Source: Coniocarpon cinnabarinum
Taxonomy: Eukaryota
Length of the DNA stretch: 21,414 nt
Direction: 5' to 3'
Assembly (NCBI GenBank): GCA_051942205.1
Contig: JAVECO010000038.1
Span: forward strand, 124,001-145,414
Shown in pieces: positions 1 to 9,829 of this stretch. The stretch's first letter is position 1, and every line of letters starts with the position of its first letter. Position numbers and translations under genes: made by a program. The notes under the pieces were generated by a model, which had not been told where the DNA came from, did no database searches, and worked only from the letters and a program-made list of their open reading frames with translations.

Positions 1-3000
1 CAAGGTTGCTATGCGGCTGAAACCCTTTCCATTTAGTGGTGTTCATGTCCTTCCAGAGTGTGGAAAAGAATCATTAAAGGAGCACATACGAGCCAGTAGG
101 ATGTGCTGACGAGCGAACACAGATTTCAATGCAAAAAACGAAGTTCACTTCGGACTGCCAAGGAACCGTACGTGCTCTCTGACTTGAAACGGCACACCGC
201 TGAACACTCAGCAGACATTCTTTCAAGGAGCAACGGTGTAGGAGCCCACTCAATCGCGGTGCTGAGCTCAATCTTCCCAAAGCAGTTCCGTCTCACCAGT
301 AGATTTCCTATCCATGCATCAAGATTGGAACCACCGAAGCCAGTGGAAGGGACATCAGCTGCAGGGAACGCCCTACCAGATGACCAACAGAGCGATGTAC
401 GAGGCCTCGGTCTCAGCGTTCCAAAGCGTCTTCGAGCGGGCGCACATGAGATGGTCTCTCAGCTTCTGCTTCGTCATAAGCACTGCGCATATTCGAAACT
501 CCTCAACCACTACTGTCCAAGACCTCCAACAAGTACGAAAAACGTCGCAACTAATTTTACGAAGCTCGCATCTAGCCATGCTAATGTTTCTGTGTTTTGC
601 CGAGCAGTTCTGAAGAACTTGCTGCCCTCAAAACTGCTGGGTGATGGAGATGGCCAAGACAAGAATTTCCAAGTCTTGTGCTATCATCTGAATGACTTTA
701 TTAGTCTCAGGCGCTATGAAAGTATGAACCTGCAAGATATCATGCAAGGAATAAAAGTCAGTCAAGTCGCTTGGCTTGCACCAGTCAAAGCTGGAAACGT
801 CGCGCCGATGTCACGAACAGATCACGAGAAGCGCACGGAGATTCTTGCAGAGTTGATTGTGTGGACATTCGATGGTCTGCTCGTTCCCCTCCTGCGCACC
901 AACTTCTATGTCACAGAGTCTGCAACTCACAGACACAAGGTGTTCTACTTCCGTCAGGATGTCTGGAGAGAAACAATGCAGCCGGCTAAGATGGACTTGA
1001 AACGAAGAATGCTCAGTCGAATGAATGTGAACGAGGCCACGCAGATACTGGAATCGAGGGAATTCGCTTATAGTCAACTACGCTTCCTTCCGAAGGAGCA
1101 GGGCATGAGGCCAATTGCAAACCTCAAACAACGGGTGCAGGTGATCAAGAATGGGACAAAAGTTCTGGCGAGGGCGATCAACCCAACCTTAGGTCCTGTG
1201 TTCAACGTCATGAATTTTGAGAAAGTGAGTTCGGGATCTGACTCACACAAATATCAGCATTGGCTCACACCGTGCAGTCCCGGCAGCCGCATAGAGTCGG
1301 TAACGCAGCGTCATCTGTGTCAGGCATACATGAGAAATTGGTGGAGTATCGAGAGCATTTGCATACGAGTAAGGCATCAAGGTCGAGGTTGTTCTTCGCA
1401 AAGGTCGATGTGCGAGCTTGTTTTGATAGCTTGCCTCAACAGCGTTTGCTAGAAATTGCAGAGAGCATCTGTCAGAGTGACGAGTACAGCACGGACAGGT
1501 ACACCGAACTCAAACCTGGGCAAAAGATGAACATGTCGACAACGTGTTTAAAGCCGCTGAAAAAACACCACACACAGGCGATTGGTGGGAAGCATCAATT
1601 TGATTTTGCCACCAAGATCAACGCCAACGGCAAGCGTCACCATCCAGACGGGGTCCTGCTGGACACGTCCGACCCGCAACACATTAGCAAAAGCCACGCG
1701 CTGCATCTGCTGCGGCAACACGTCAAGCAGAACGTTGTCAAGATTGGCAAGAGATACTGGCGCCAGCGACGGGGAATCTCCCAGGGCTCGATCCTGTCAA
1801 GTCTGTTGTGCACGCTTTGCTACGCAGGACTCGAGCAGAATCACCTCGCCTTTCTGTCGAAGGACGCTTGTTTCGTTCGCCTCATTGACGATTTTTTACT
1901 CATTACACCTTCCCAAGATGAAGCATTGCGATTTCTGCGACTCATGTTCCGAGGTTTGCAGGCTTACGGAGTGCGGGTCAGCCGTGAGAAGTGTCTGGCC
2001 AACTTCGAAACAGCCGTAGGGGACTTCCAGGTCCCGTGCAGGAGTGCGAACGAAGGCTTTCCGTATTGCGGGATGCTCATTGATGAAAGGCTGAATATCA
2101 TGAAAGAGGGAGCAACGAACAGCCATACTGGTATGTTGACACCACTTAGTCCTAGAGTATCATTTGAAGTTAACGATGCCAGACATGCCCGACACGTTGT
2201 CAGTGGAATACTCCAGACTCCCTGGCCAAACGTTTCGACGCAAGATGCTCAAGTGAGGGATCCTGCACATGTGACGCAGTAGTTGCCAAGCTAATGAGGG
2301 CGGCAGTGCGGTGAAGATGCAGATGCACCCGACGTTGTTCGATACTCACCACAACGAGGCCGTGACCGTGCTGAGCAACGTGTTTCAATTGCTGCGAGAA
2401 TCGGCGATGCGGTGTGGGCATTACGTCAGGAGCGTCAGGGGCTTGCAGCGGGCCGCCGCAGCGCTACTTTGGAGTGAGTTCTTTTTCCCTCCACTTGGCG
2501 CCCACGCAGCGCTATAGCCAGCCGTGTATTCTGCGTCGATCAGGCATGGAAAACCTCTCAGCCTATCCTTCGTGGAGTTCTGGCTGGCACAGAAACACGA
2601 CGACCGCCGTCATGCTAACAACGGTGACTTCATAGGTACTATCGAAGATCTGTCTGCGCTGACGTATGCGAAGATGACCAGCAAGCGCAACCGAGCCCGA
2701 AACCAGCGGTATCGATGCAGTGTGAGCAGAGAGGCCGTGCAGTGGTGAGTGAATTTGACAAGATAATGCAATGCGCTATGACTGAAAGGGGCAGGCTTGC
2801 GATGACAGCTTTTGGCGGGGCGCTCCGACAGTGGCAGAGCACATATAAATGGCTCATTCGGTGCCTGTGTGTCCAGGCAGACAGCATCAAGCTGCGGAGC
2901 GCAAAGGAGGAGCGCCTTCTGAGAAGGGTTGTAAGCTCGTACGAGTCGCGACAGCAGCGATCAAGATGCGGAAGGATGCAGTGTATAGATGGAGATGACA

Positions 3001-3005
3001 AGTAA
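1..3005 (+). CDS. TERT: Telomerase reverse transcriptase, 5' end outside the window. Inferred exons: 123-1224, 1278-2130, 2183-2252, 2307-2473, 2636-2744, 2795-3005 (structure upstream of 123 uncertain)
   Basis: Telomerase motifs occur in order: IFPKQF; PKRLR...LLNHYCP (CP); T motif LLRTNFYVTES...FYFRQDVW; motifs 1/2 LRFLPK, MRPIANL; motif A FAKVDVRACFD (Asp at 1407); B' GISQGSILS; C RLIDDFLLIT (DD at 1887-1892); E FPYCG; C-terminal extension DTLSVEYSRLPGQTFRRKMLN and LFDTHHN. GT..AG introns with CTRAY-like branch sites join the frames (1225-1277, 2131-2182, 2253-2306, 2474-2635, 2745-2794). Confidence 0.96.
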
Positions 3006-3659
3006 TGCAGACTTGAGACGGTCGTGAAACGATGACAGAATATGGAGGGAGGGCAATGCGCGGGCGTTGTGGCAGGAGGTCGACGTCGATCAGTGCATTG
3101 GAACGTGGCACCGAGATCTCGATAAGAGTGAATGGACTGGAGGGGGCCAAAGCGGTGGGTTGAGGCCAAGATGGCACCTCCGTATGGCGGCACAAGCAAG
3201 CCAAAGCCTGATAGACTGATGAGAGGAGGAGGGCGATGACAGCAGACCAGTTTGACCAGCCTCCCTCCTTCAGAGCAAGACAGCCAAGTCACCCTCAATC
3301 AGCCACCTCTCTTTTCGCTGCCTCCCCAGCAGCCATCTCGGCCCTGTCCTGCAGTTGATCTTTCCTGCATGCCCATGCCCTCGCATCCACACCTCGACTT
3401 GCACGCAATTTCCCATATGATCATTCTGTATGCACGTGCAAAATCAGCGAGATCACCCCCAAGAGCCAGTGTCGAGTGAGAAGAGGTCCGGGCGGGCCAG
3501 TTGGCAATTCATTCGGCGTGTTGACTGTTGACTCGTCCCCCGCCAGTGCGGCCTCTTCCGCTATCTGCAACCCCCCAAGTCCCCTGAACCAGCAGCCGGA
3601 TACCGGCTCCCTTTAGTGGGCGCGACGACAGACTTTTCGCAGCTCCAGCTCCTCTCGTC

Positions 3660-6293
3660 ATGCCCTCCTCCTTCTCCTCCTTTACTACCGCCGTCACCGA
3701 TAATCACCACGCACCTTCCTCCTCCTACTCCGTCCACTCTCAACCTCCAAGCCCAACCACTCTCGTTAATCAGGGCCACCCTCTCTCCAACTCTGCTTCA
3801 TCCATCCCGGAGCAGTCCTTCCAGCATCATGTCTCCCAGCATCTTTATCTCATGAATCACGAGCTCAAGCTATCCGCAGTCCATCGCTCTCTGTACACCG
3901 GCCGTCCTAATCTCCCCCACGCCAAACCGCACACCTCTTCCAATCTCCACCACACGCGATCGCTGACAGTTTACTCCAACTCCTCCAATTCTTCCACTTC
4001 TTCCGCCGACTCCGACATGGCCACCGAAACAATCTCGCCCTCTTCTCCACCTGAGCTCAGCAGCTCCTGGTCGTCTAACCGCTCCTCTTCAATCCGCTCG
4101 TCCAGTCACCGTTGTGACAATGAGACAGACCTGTCCAACTTCGAGGACATCAGCCTCTCCGACCCCCGACGCATGGCGCCTAAGAACCCCGTTGACCGAC
4201 CGAACAAACCCAGGTCTCTCCTTCGCACCACCACTGCTCCTATTGCCGGCCAGTTCCCAAAGAAAGCACCGCCTAGTCCTACAAATCTCGTGCCAATGAA
4301 GAATGAGTTACGCAGCGGAGTCTCGGTCAACACAAACTTGCGCAATCTTAGCAACCCTCGTTCACCCATCCGCATGGCTAGCTTCTCTGGTGCACCCAGT
4401 CCTTCTCTGGCTGTGCCTCCACGTCAGCCACGTCGCAAGAATGACGCCCCGAAACCCCCACGACCTCACGGTCCTCCTCACCGATCGGTCACGAGCCCGG
4501 TAGTACGACCAAACAGTAACATGGGTCCTTTCTTGCCTATGAGACGTACGCCTACACACACTGGTGCCGGCCGTCGTCGAAGTGCAAAGGAGCTCGAGGC
4601 GGAGTTCGACAAGCTCAACGACTTGGATGAAGAGGAGGTGCCTGAAGATGCCATCATCACCAACATCCCCATCTCTCCATGCAGGCCTGTTTCCAGATCG
4701 CATTCCGTGAGTCCGGAGAGGGGTCTGCCTTCACCACAGTCTCCCATCACCATGGACCTCGGCCGCGCGCAATCCTGGGACTTTGCCTTGTCCGGACTCA
4801 ACGCCGAGATTCGTGATCTCACAATGAAGCTCGAGGATCACAAAGGCTCGAGCCGTCGCAACTCTGCTGAGATTTTCGCGCCCTCACCGACATCAAGCTC
4901 GCCACCGCGTCCGACGCTGCATCACGCGAAGTCTACAACGTTTGCGATGCCCCCTGTGCAGCGGTCGGATCCGTTAATCGATCCACTGCCTGTCAGCAAG
5001 GAGAAGGAGAAGCATCTCACTCGGACGAGGCCATCATGGCTGCCCCCGAAGAGCAAGACTGAAGAGAAGAAGCATTTGAAAGAGTACAAACGCATGATGG
5101 ATGCTTTTGCAGAATCCGAGAAGCGCAAGTCAGCAGATGGCGTCAAGACCGTTGCACGGCGTTCGAGCAGAGAACGGGCCATGGACGAGAACCTGCGTGC
5201 GTGGCGCTCGATCTTAGGTGATTGGCATACGGCAGTCAACAACTCCAAGACGCGGGACCGCTGGTGGGCTGGTGTTCCGCCGGCTCTTCGGGGTCAAGTG
5301 TGGGCTCGCGCCATTGGTAACGACTTGCATCTGACGGTGGCGAGCTTCAAAGCTGCTCTGGGACGGGCGAAAGCCATGTCTGACCGTATCGCTTCGGCCA
5401 CGCCTCCTCCACCCACCCGCACGCCTCACATGCGCACCGCCAGCCTCAGCGAGACGAAGGGCGACGTTCGAGCTAGGCGCTCGCTGGCTGCCATGGAAAA
5501 AGACATCGAGACCGGTGCTTTCCCACGCCTTGGTCTCTTTCAGAAAGGTCAAGCCCGCCACGAGAACCTGAGAGATTTGCTGATGGCGTACGCTTCCTAT
5601 CGTGAGGATACGGGCCACGTCCGCGGTACTGCCGGCATCGCTGCCTTGCTCTTGCTGCAGCACATGCCTGCCCCTGCTTCAAGTTCCGATTGCGACTCGC
5701 CGGAGCTGTCCAAGCGTGACAGTGGCAGCAGCACCCGCGAAGAGCGCGAGCGCGAAGTCATCGAAGCAGCCACGGCAGGCGCCTTTATTGCACTGGCGAA
5801 CCTTCTAAACCGCCCGCTCAGCCTCGCCTTTTGCATCAATGACTCGTCCAGCAAAGACCGCACCATCCGCCACGTCGAGAAAGCCATCAAGACCAAGTCG
5901 CCGCGACTCCATGAGCACCTCTCCGCCCTCATGTCTCGGCGAGTGACGCCTGATCCTGCGAGTCCACCGTCTCGTGAGTACTCTGTTGGTGAAGCTCAGC
6001 CCATCTTAAGAGACGTCGTGAATCCTCTTGCGCAAAGCCTCATGACATCCGTCCTCACTGCCGCCGAAGCCGCGCGCTTCTTCGACGTGCTGGCATTTGA
6101 AGGCGATGGCGTCATTGTCAGAGCGATTGTAGGCATTTTGGGGAGATGCGAAGGTAGTCTATATGGCAGCCAAGAGGAGATTCATAAAGTTCTGGGGTGG
6201 CAGAGTGCTGGAGCGCCGGCCGGAAGAGGCGAGGATGACTGGATCAAGTGGGTGAGGTGGGCGGGGAGAGAAGAGGCGCCTGTGCCGCGTTGA
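3660..6293 (+). CDS. TBC (Rab-GAP fold) domain protein, TBC1D12/14-like, with an Sbe2-like motif and long disordered Ser/Pro-rich N-terminus. The start could be a later Met (3852 or 4017)
   Basis: Uninterrupted 877-codon ORF. It contains LTRTRPSWLPPKSKTEEKKHLKEYKRMM (Sbe2-like motif) and TBC signatures WWAGVPPALRGQVWARAIGNDL, AFPRLGLFQ, LRDLLMAYASYREDTGHVRG-IAALLLL and ARFFDVLAFEGDGVIVRA. Confidence 0.88.
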   Translation: MPSSFSSFTTAVTDNHHAPSSSYSVHSQPPSPTTLVNQGHPLSNSASSIPEQSFQHHVSQHLYLMNHELKLSAVHRSLYTGRPNLPHAKPHTSSNLHHTRSLTVYSNSSNSSTSSADSDMATETISPSSPPELSSSWSSNRSSSIRSSSHRCDNETDLSNFEDISLSDPRRMAPKNPVDRPNKPRSLLRTTTAPIAGQFPKKAPPSPTNLVPMKNELRSGVSVNTNLRNLSNPRSPIRMASFSGAPSPSLAVPPRQPRRKNDAPKPPRPHGPPHRSVTSPVVRPNSNMGPFLPMRRTPTHTGAGRRRSAKELEAEFDKLNDLDEEEVPEDAIITNIPISPCRPVSRSHSVSPERGLPSPQSPITMDLGRAQSWDFALSGLNAEIRDLTMKLEDHKGSSRRNSAEIFAPSPTSSSPPRPTLHHAKSTTFAMPPVQRSDPLIDPLPVSKEKEKHLTRTRPSWLPPKSKTEEKKHLKEYKRMMDAFAESEKRKSADGVKTVARRSSRERAMDENLRAWRSILGDWHTAVNNSKTRDRWWAGVPPALRGQVWARAIGNDLHLTVASFKAALGRAKAMSDRIASATPPPPTRTPHMRTASLSETKGDVRARRSLAAMEKDIETGAFPRLGLFQKGQARHENLRDLLMAYASYREDTGHVRGTAGIAALLLLQHMPAPASSSDCDSPELSKRDSGSSTREEREREVIEAATAGAFIALANLLNRPLSLAFCINDSSSKDRTIRHVEKAIKTKSPRLHEHLSALMSRRVTPDPASPPSREYSVGEAQPILRDVVNPLAQSLMTSVLTAAEAARFFDVLAFEGDGVIVRAIVGILGRCEGSLYGSQEEIHKVLGWQSAGAPAGRGEDDWIKWVRWAGREEAPVPR

Positions 6294-6875
6294 TGACTGT
6301 TAATTTCGTGATGGTAGAGAAAAGATGAAACGCACAGTGGGCAGTCCGGCCAGGACTCCAAATGGCAGGAACGCAAGAGTAAAGCGGTGGCGCGCAACTG
6401 CGAGGAATCATTGGGTGAGATGATTGATGACAGATGAATGACAATAGTGTCTTTGCATAGCGACGGAAGGTGCATTGGCAGTTGCATTGGCATGTGCATG
6501 GACATGGACATGGAGGCACCTCGCCATTTCAATGCCAAAGTCTGGAGGTTACATTAACAACGAACCTTGAACATTAGAAGTACTCGCTATTGAGTGAATA
6601 GTAATGATAATGAGCATCTACACATCCATAATTGATTTCTTTCCACTTCGTCCTGCATACCCGTGACGATTGCATACCTTTCACGATGCGACCGGTGAAG
6701 ATTCGCACCGTCTGCGTGAAGTGCCCGCTGCAGCGATGAAAACAGCCACGGATGGTCACGAGTGTTGTATTTCATCGCGACATTCGCTTGCCACGTTTCG
6801 CTTGCCACTGTCGTCGAGGCAAAAACTACCCCCCTGAGTATGACTCTGTGATTAACAGTGATGACCACGCCCTCT

Positions 6876-7047
6876 TGTAACGTCAACGTTAACGTCAACC
6901 GTGTGAGCAATGTCAACCGTGTGAGCAACGTCAACCGTGTGAGCAACGTCAACTGTATAAGTAGCGTTAACCGTATAAGCAACATTAAATATATCAACGT
7001 CAACTATATAAGCAACGTCAACTGTATGAGCAACGTCAACTGTATGA
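6876..7047. repeat. Minisatellite, 18 bp unit CAACGTCAACCGTGTGAG, about 9 degenerate copies
   Basis: Directly visible. Copies differ mostly by CA>TA and TG>TA changes (gtgtgag>gtataag, gtcaac>gttaac). Confidence 0.9.
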
Positions 7048-7065
7048 TACCCTGAAATGTCTATA

Positions 7066-7125
7066 GCGGCAATATACACAGCGTTAATATACACAGCGTC
7101 AATGCATACAGCGACAATACACACA
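7066..7125. repeat. Tandem repeat, 15 bp unit GCGNCAATAYACACA x4
   Basis: gcggcaatatacaca gcgttaatatacaca gcgtcaatgcataca gcgacaatacacaca. Confidence 0.85.
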
Positions 7126-7198
7126 GGATCAATACTGACTTGGCTGTTATATTATATGTATTTGTAATGCATCTGATAGAGTATCCCGCTCGTCTCTA

Positions 7199-7520
7199 TA
7201 TTACCATCCTCGCATTACTCTCCTCGCATCACTCTCCTCTACGTTACTCTTCTCTGCGTTACTCTTCTCGTATTACTCTTCTCTACGTTACTCTCCTCGC
7301 ATTACATTACTCTCCTTTGTATTGTATTACTCTTCTTATATTACATTACTCTCCTTATATTATATTACTCTCCTTATATCGTATTACTCTTCTTTGTGTT
7401 ACTCTTCTCTATATTACTCTTCTCGCATTACTCTCCTCGTATTACTCTCCTCTTTATTACTCTTCTCTGCATTACTCTCCTCTGCGTTACTCTCTTCTAT
7501 ATTATTCTCCTCGCATTACA
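7199..7520. repeat. Minisatellite of about 15-18 bp units with core ATTACTCTCCTCGC, roughly 20 degenerate copies
   Basis: TTACTCT(C/T)CT cores recur throughout, with C>T and G>A variants. Confidence 0.9.
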
Positions 7521-7601
7521 ACGACGGTCGTTGCTTAGGTGCATACGTCCTTAAGATGCATACGTATTGGCCTTGGTTGTAGTTCTATACATCTCTAGTC
7601 C

Positions 7602-7894
7602 ATGGTTATTTATTAATCTATCGGTCGTTCGTTAATCTATGGTCATTCGTTGATCTATGGTCATTCGTTGATCTATGGTCATTCGTTGATCTATCGGTCA
7701 TTCGTTAATCTATCGATCGTTCGTTAATCTATCTATCGTTCGTTAATCTATCGATTATTCGTTAATCTATCGGTCATTCGTTAATCTATGGTCGTTCGTT
7801 AATTTATCGGTTATTCGTTAATCTATCGGTTATTATTCGTTAATTTATGGGTCGTTCGTTAATCTATGGTCATTCGTTAATTTATCGGTCGTTC
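7602..7894. repeat. Minisatellite, 18-19 bp unit TCGTT(A/G)ATCTAT(C)GGTC(A/G)T, about 15 copies
   Basis: Head-to-tail copies with no spacers; variants are mostly transitions. Confidence 0.92.
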
Positions 7895-7922
7895 AAGAAG
7901 AGGGGTTCCGATGCTCACGGAC

Positions 7923-8054
7923 GGAGTGTCTCGTAAATGGGAGTGCCTCGTAGATGGGAGTGCCTCGTAGGTAGGAGGCCATCGAAGAAGGATGGAAGTT
8001 CACTTCAAAGAGGGATTCCTTAGACCGAAGTCTCAATCGAAGTCTCAATCGAAG
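7923..8054. repeat. Short tandem repeats: 17 bp GGAGTGCCTCGTAGATG x3 (7923-7970) and 12 bp CGAAGTCTCAAT x2+ (8026-8054)
   Basis: Directly visible in the sequence. Confidence 0.8.
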
Positions 8055-8435
8055 ACTAGATATCCCTCTTCGACAGTCTCTAGTTGGGATTCCTTTGAAT
8101 TAGAGTTCTTGATAGACGCGGTGTCATCGAAGTGCTGATATTGTCGGTCGAATAGACCGGGTTTCTTTCAGGCGCGGTGCTTCACAGACGCGTGTCAATT
8201 AGCTAGTAAGTTTTTTTTCTCTTTCTTTTTCTTCTCCAGAATAGAATAGAAACGTTTCTTTGAGAGGAAGTTTCAGTGTGTGCTAGACACGGTTTCTAGG
8301 CATAGCATCTCGGTTATGAACTGCCTCCGATCGGAGGTCTTCAACCAGGTCTTGAGACAGAGAGTGGCTCTGATGACTTACTCAATGACTTGACAGATAT
8401 GGTCTCTTGATGTGTTCATCTACAGATGAAATCCC

Positions 8436-8930
8436 CTATACCAGTCGGCGGACGATGGTTTTTTTTTTTTTTTTTTTTTTTTTTTCCTCTGGCAGAAGGC
8501 GTTTCTAAGAGACGAATGGATGTCGTTCAGACAGCCGATGGCTTTCAATCGTTTCAGTGGTGTTGCGTATATATACTTTCGACGGTCTCTGGTGTAGTGT
8601 CTCAATTCTAGGGCGTTTCAATGTGGTTTTCATGGCATTGGCCAAAACGCGGTTTTGATCAACTGGAAAGACGAATCCGTTCGCTACAGTCGCTCCATTC
8701 AAGCCCGGGTGTGGAGGCTTGGGAGCGTTCACCTGAGCGGACTCGATGTTGCCCTATTTTTCGCCCTGGGTCAAATTCAAATTGAGTTTCATGGTTCTTC
8801 GGACTTCGTCGGTGAGTAACGCCTATGCTTGTGCTTGTTTCTGTTTTTGTTCCTCTAATGATGTATACGAGCTTTCTGTTTCCGACGCCTATTTTTCCTT
8901 GGAGGTCGGAAGAGCAAAAATGAGAATAGA
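8436..8930 (-). pseudogene. Possible RIP-inactivated reading frame of unknown product
   Basis: One minus frame is interrupted only by TAG codons (plus-strand cta at 8889, 8823, 8754, 8505, 8436), partly in Q/K/E-rich context such as EEQKQKQAQA*ALL. It lies next to the RIP-marked repeats. No recognised homology. Confidence 0.3.
8459..8485. repeat. Homopolymer T27 (A27 on the minus strand)
   Basis: Run of 27 T. Confidence 0.95.
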
Positions 8931-9829
8931 CGATGCGGCTGTAAAGGGAGGAAACGAGACAAAGAGAGGGTGGCGGTCAAGAGGAGGGAAACAAATGACG
9001 ATGAACTCGGACGTAGGCGAGAGTAAAGGGTTCGAAATGGGTTGAGAATCCACGCGGTGGAGCTCAAGCAGATAAGATAAAGCAAAAGAGAGACCTCACG
9101 CTGAGACTTTGGAAAGACATGTTGAATACACTTTGGGCTGGACAAATTGTGTGATAGACAAGTTGTTGGAGACGCTTTGGCATATTCAGACGGACCATTC
9201 AGGGCATGTTCAGCATGGTTTCTTTCTTTTGCTCAGCCGCTCAACTAATTCTTGGATCAATTGAATGACTTTCGGGCTAGCAGACCGGCTCTTAAACTAA
9301 TGGGTAGAGAACAAGAAGACTCCATGGACCGAGAACGCAGGATCGAAAAGCCGACGAAGCGAAAAGACTCTTTCCCAATGGTGGCAAGATTGTCAACCGA
9401 TTTTGTGTAGAGCGGCGAAGCGCTCTCAAAGCGTCATCTTTGAGGCAAGAGAAGAGCACTGCTTTTGATTGCGCGGGATCATTGCAGAAGGAAGATGAAT
9501 AGATGATACCTATAGACCGTAAGATTAAGCCTTCATGAAAGTCATGCAGTGTCTCGTATCGTGTCGTGTTGACAGCTTCCTGAATATGTGCCCAAACAGA
9601 TGTATTTGCACGGAGAATGGAAGCAGAATACCTCCGAAACCCGGAATGAACTGAGGCCGTAAGTCGTGTATCGTCAGAATGGGCGAGTCGCAATGCTCAA
9701 TGCCATGCATATCAAGTTGTACTGACTGTCGCAATCATATCCACTGTATCAAAGCCTTGGCGATGGCCGTAGCAAACCACAATAGGCGTGCACGAAGCTG
9801 TGATAGCTGTTAGTGCTGCCAAGCTAGCT

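Larger units (their letters stand above)
6876..7520. mobile_element. Putative degenerate (RIP-affected) LTR of an LTR retrotransposon, 645 bp
   Basis: Starts TGTAACG and ends CATTACA (TG...CA, 6/7 inverted match). There is an abrupt switch to TpA-rich sequence, with internal tandem arrays. No matching 5 bp target-site duplication (cctct vs acgac), and no clear primer-binding site or polypurine tract. Confidence 0.5.

Noticed and set aside
103..2282. Apparent frameshift or split TERT (two overlapping ORFs)
   Set aside because: Explained by the canonical 53 nt intron at 1225-1277, which joins the frames exactly.
2639..3298. 219-codon antisense ORF over the TERT 3' end, and similar antisense ORFs over the TBC, P450 and Eis1 genes
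   Set aside because: Shadow ORFs of GC-rich coding sequence with no recognisable domains.
7163..7520. Smaller element bounded by the perfect inverted repeat TGTAATGC/GCATTACA
   Set aside because: No target-site duplication, and GCATTAC is part of the array unit, so the match is expected. The 6876 boundary fits the composition change better.
6587..7582. ORFs with LTRLTL, TVDVAH, NVNRVS and YSS/ITLL repeats
   Set aside because: These are translations of the minisatellites and are open on both strands; there is no evidence they are coding.
6876..7894. Arrays as CRISPR repeats or as telomerase-made interstitial telomeric repeats
   Set aside because: The context is eukaryotic, there are no unique spacers, and the units contain no TTAGGG-like G-rich core.
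9292..9693. 133-codon minus-strand ORF downstream of the P450
   Set aside because: Non-ATG start, no recognisable motif and no splice support.
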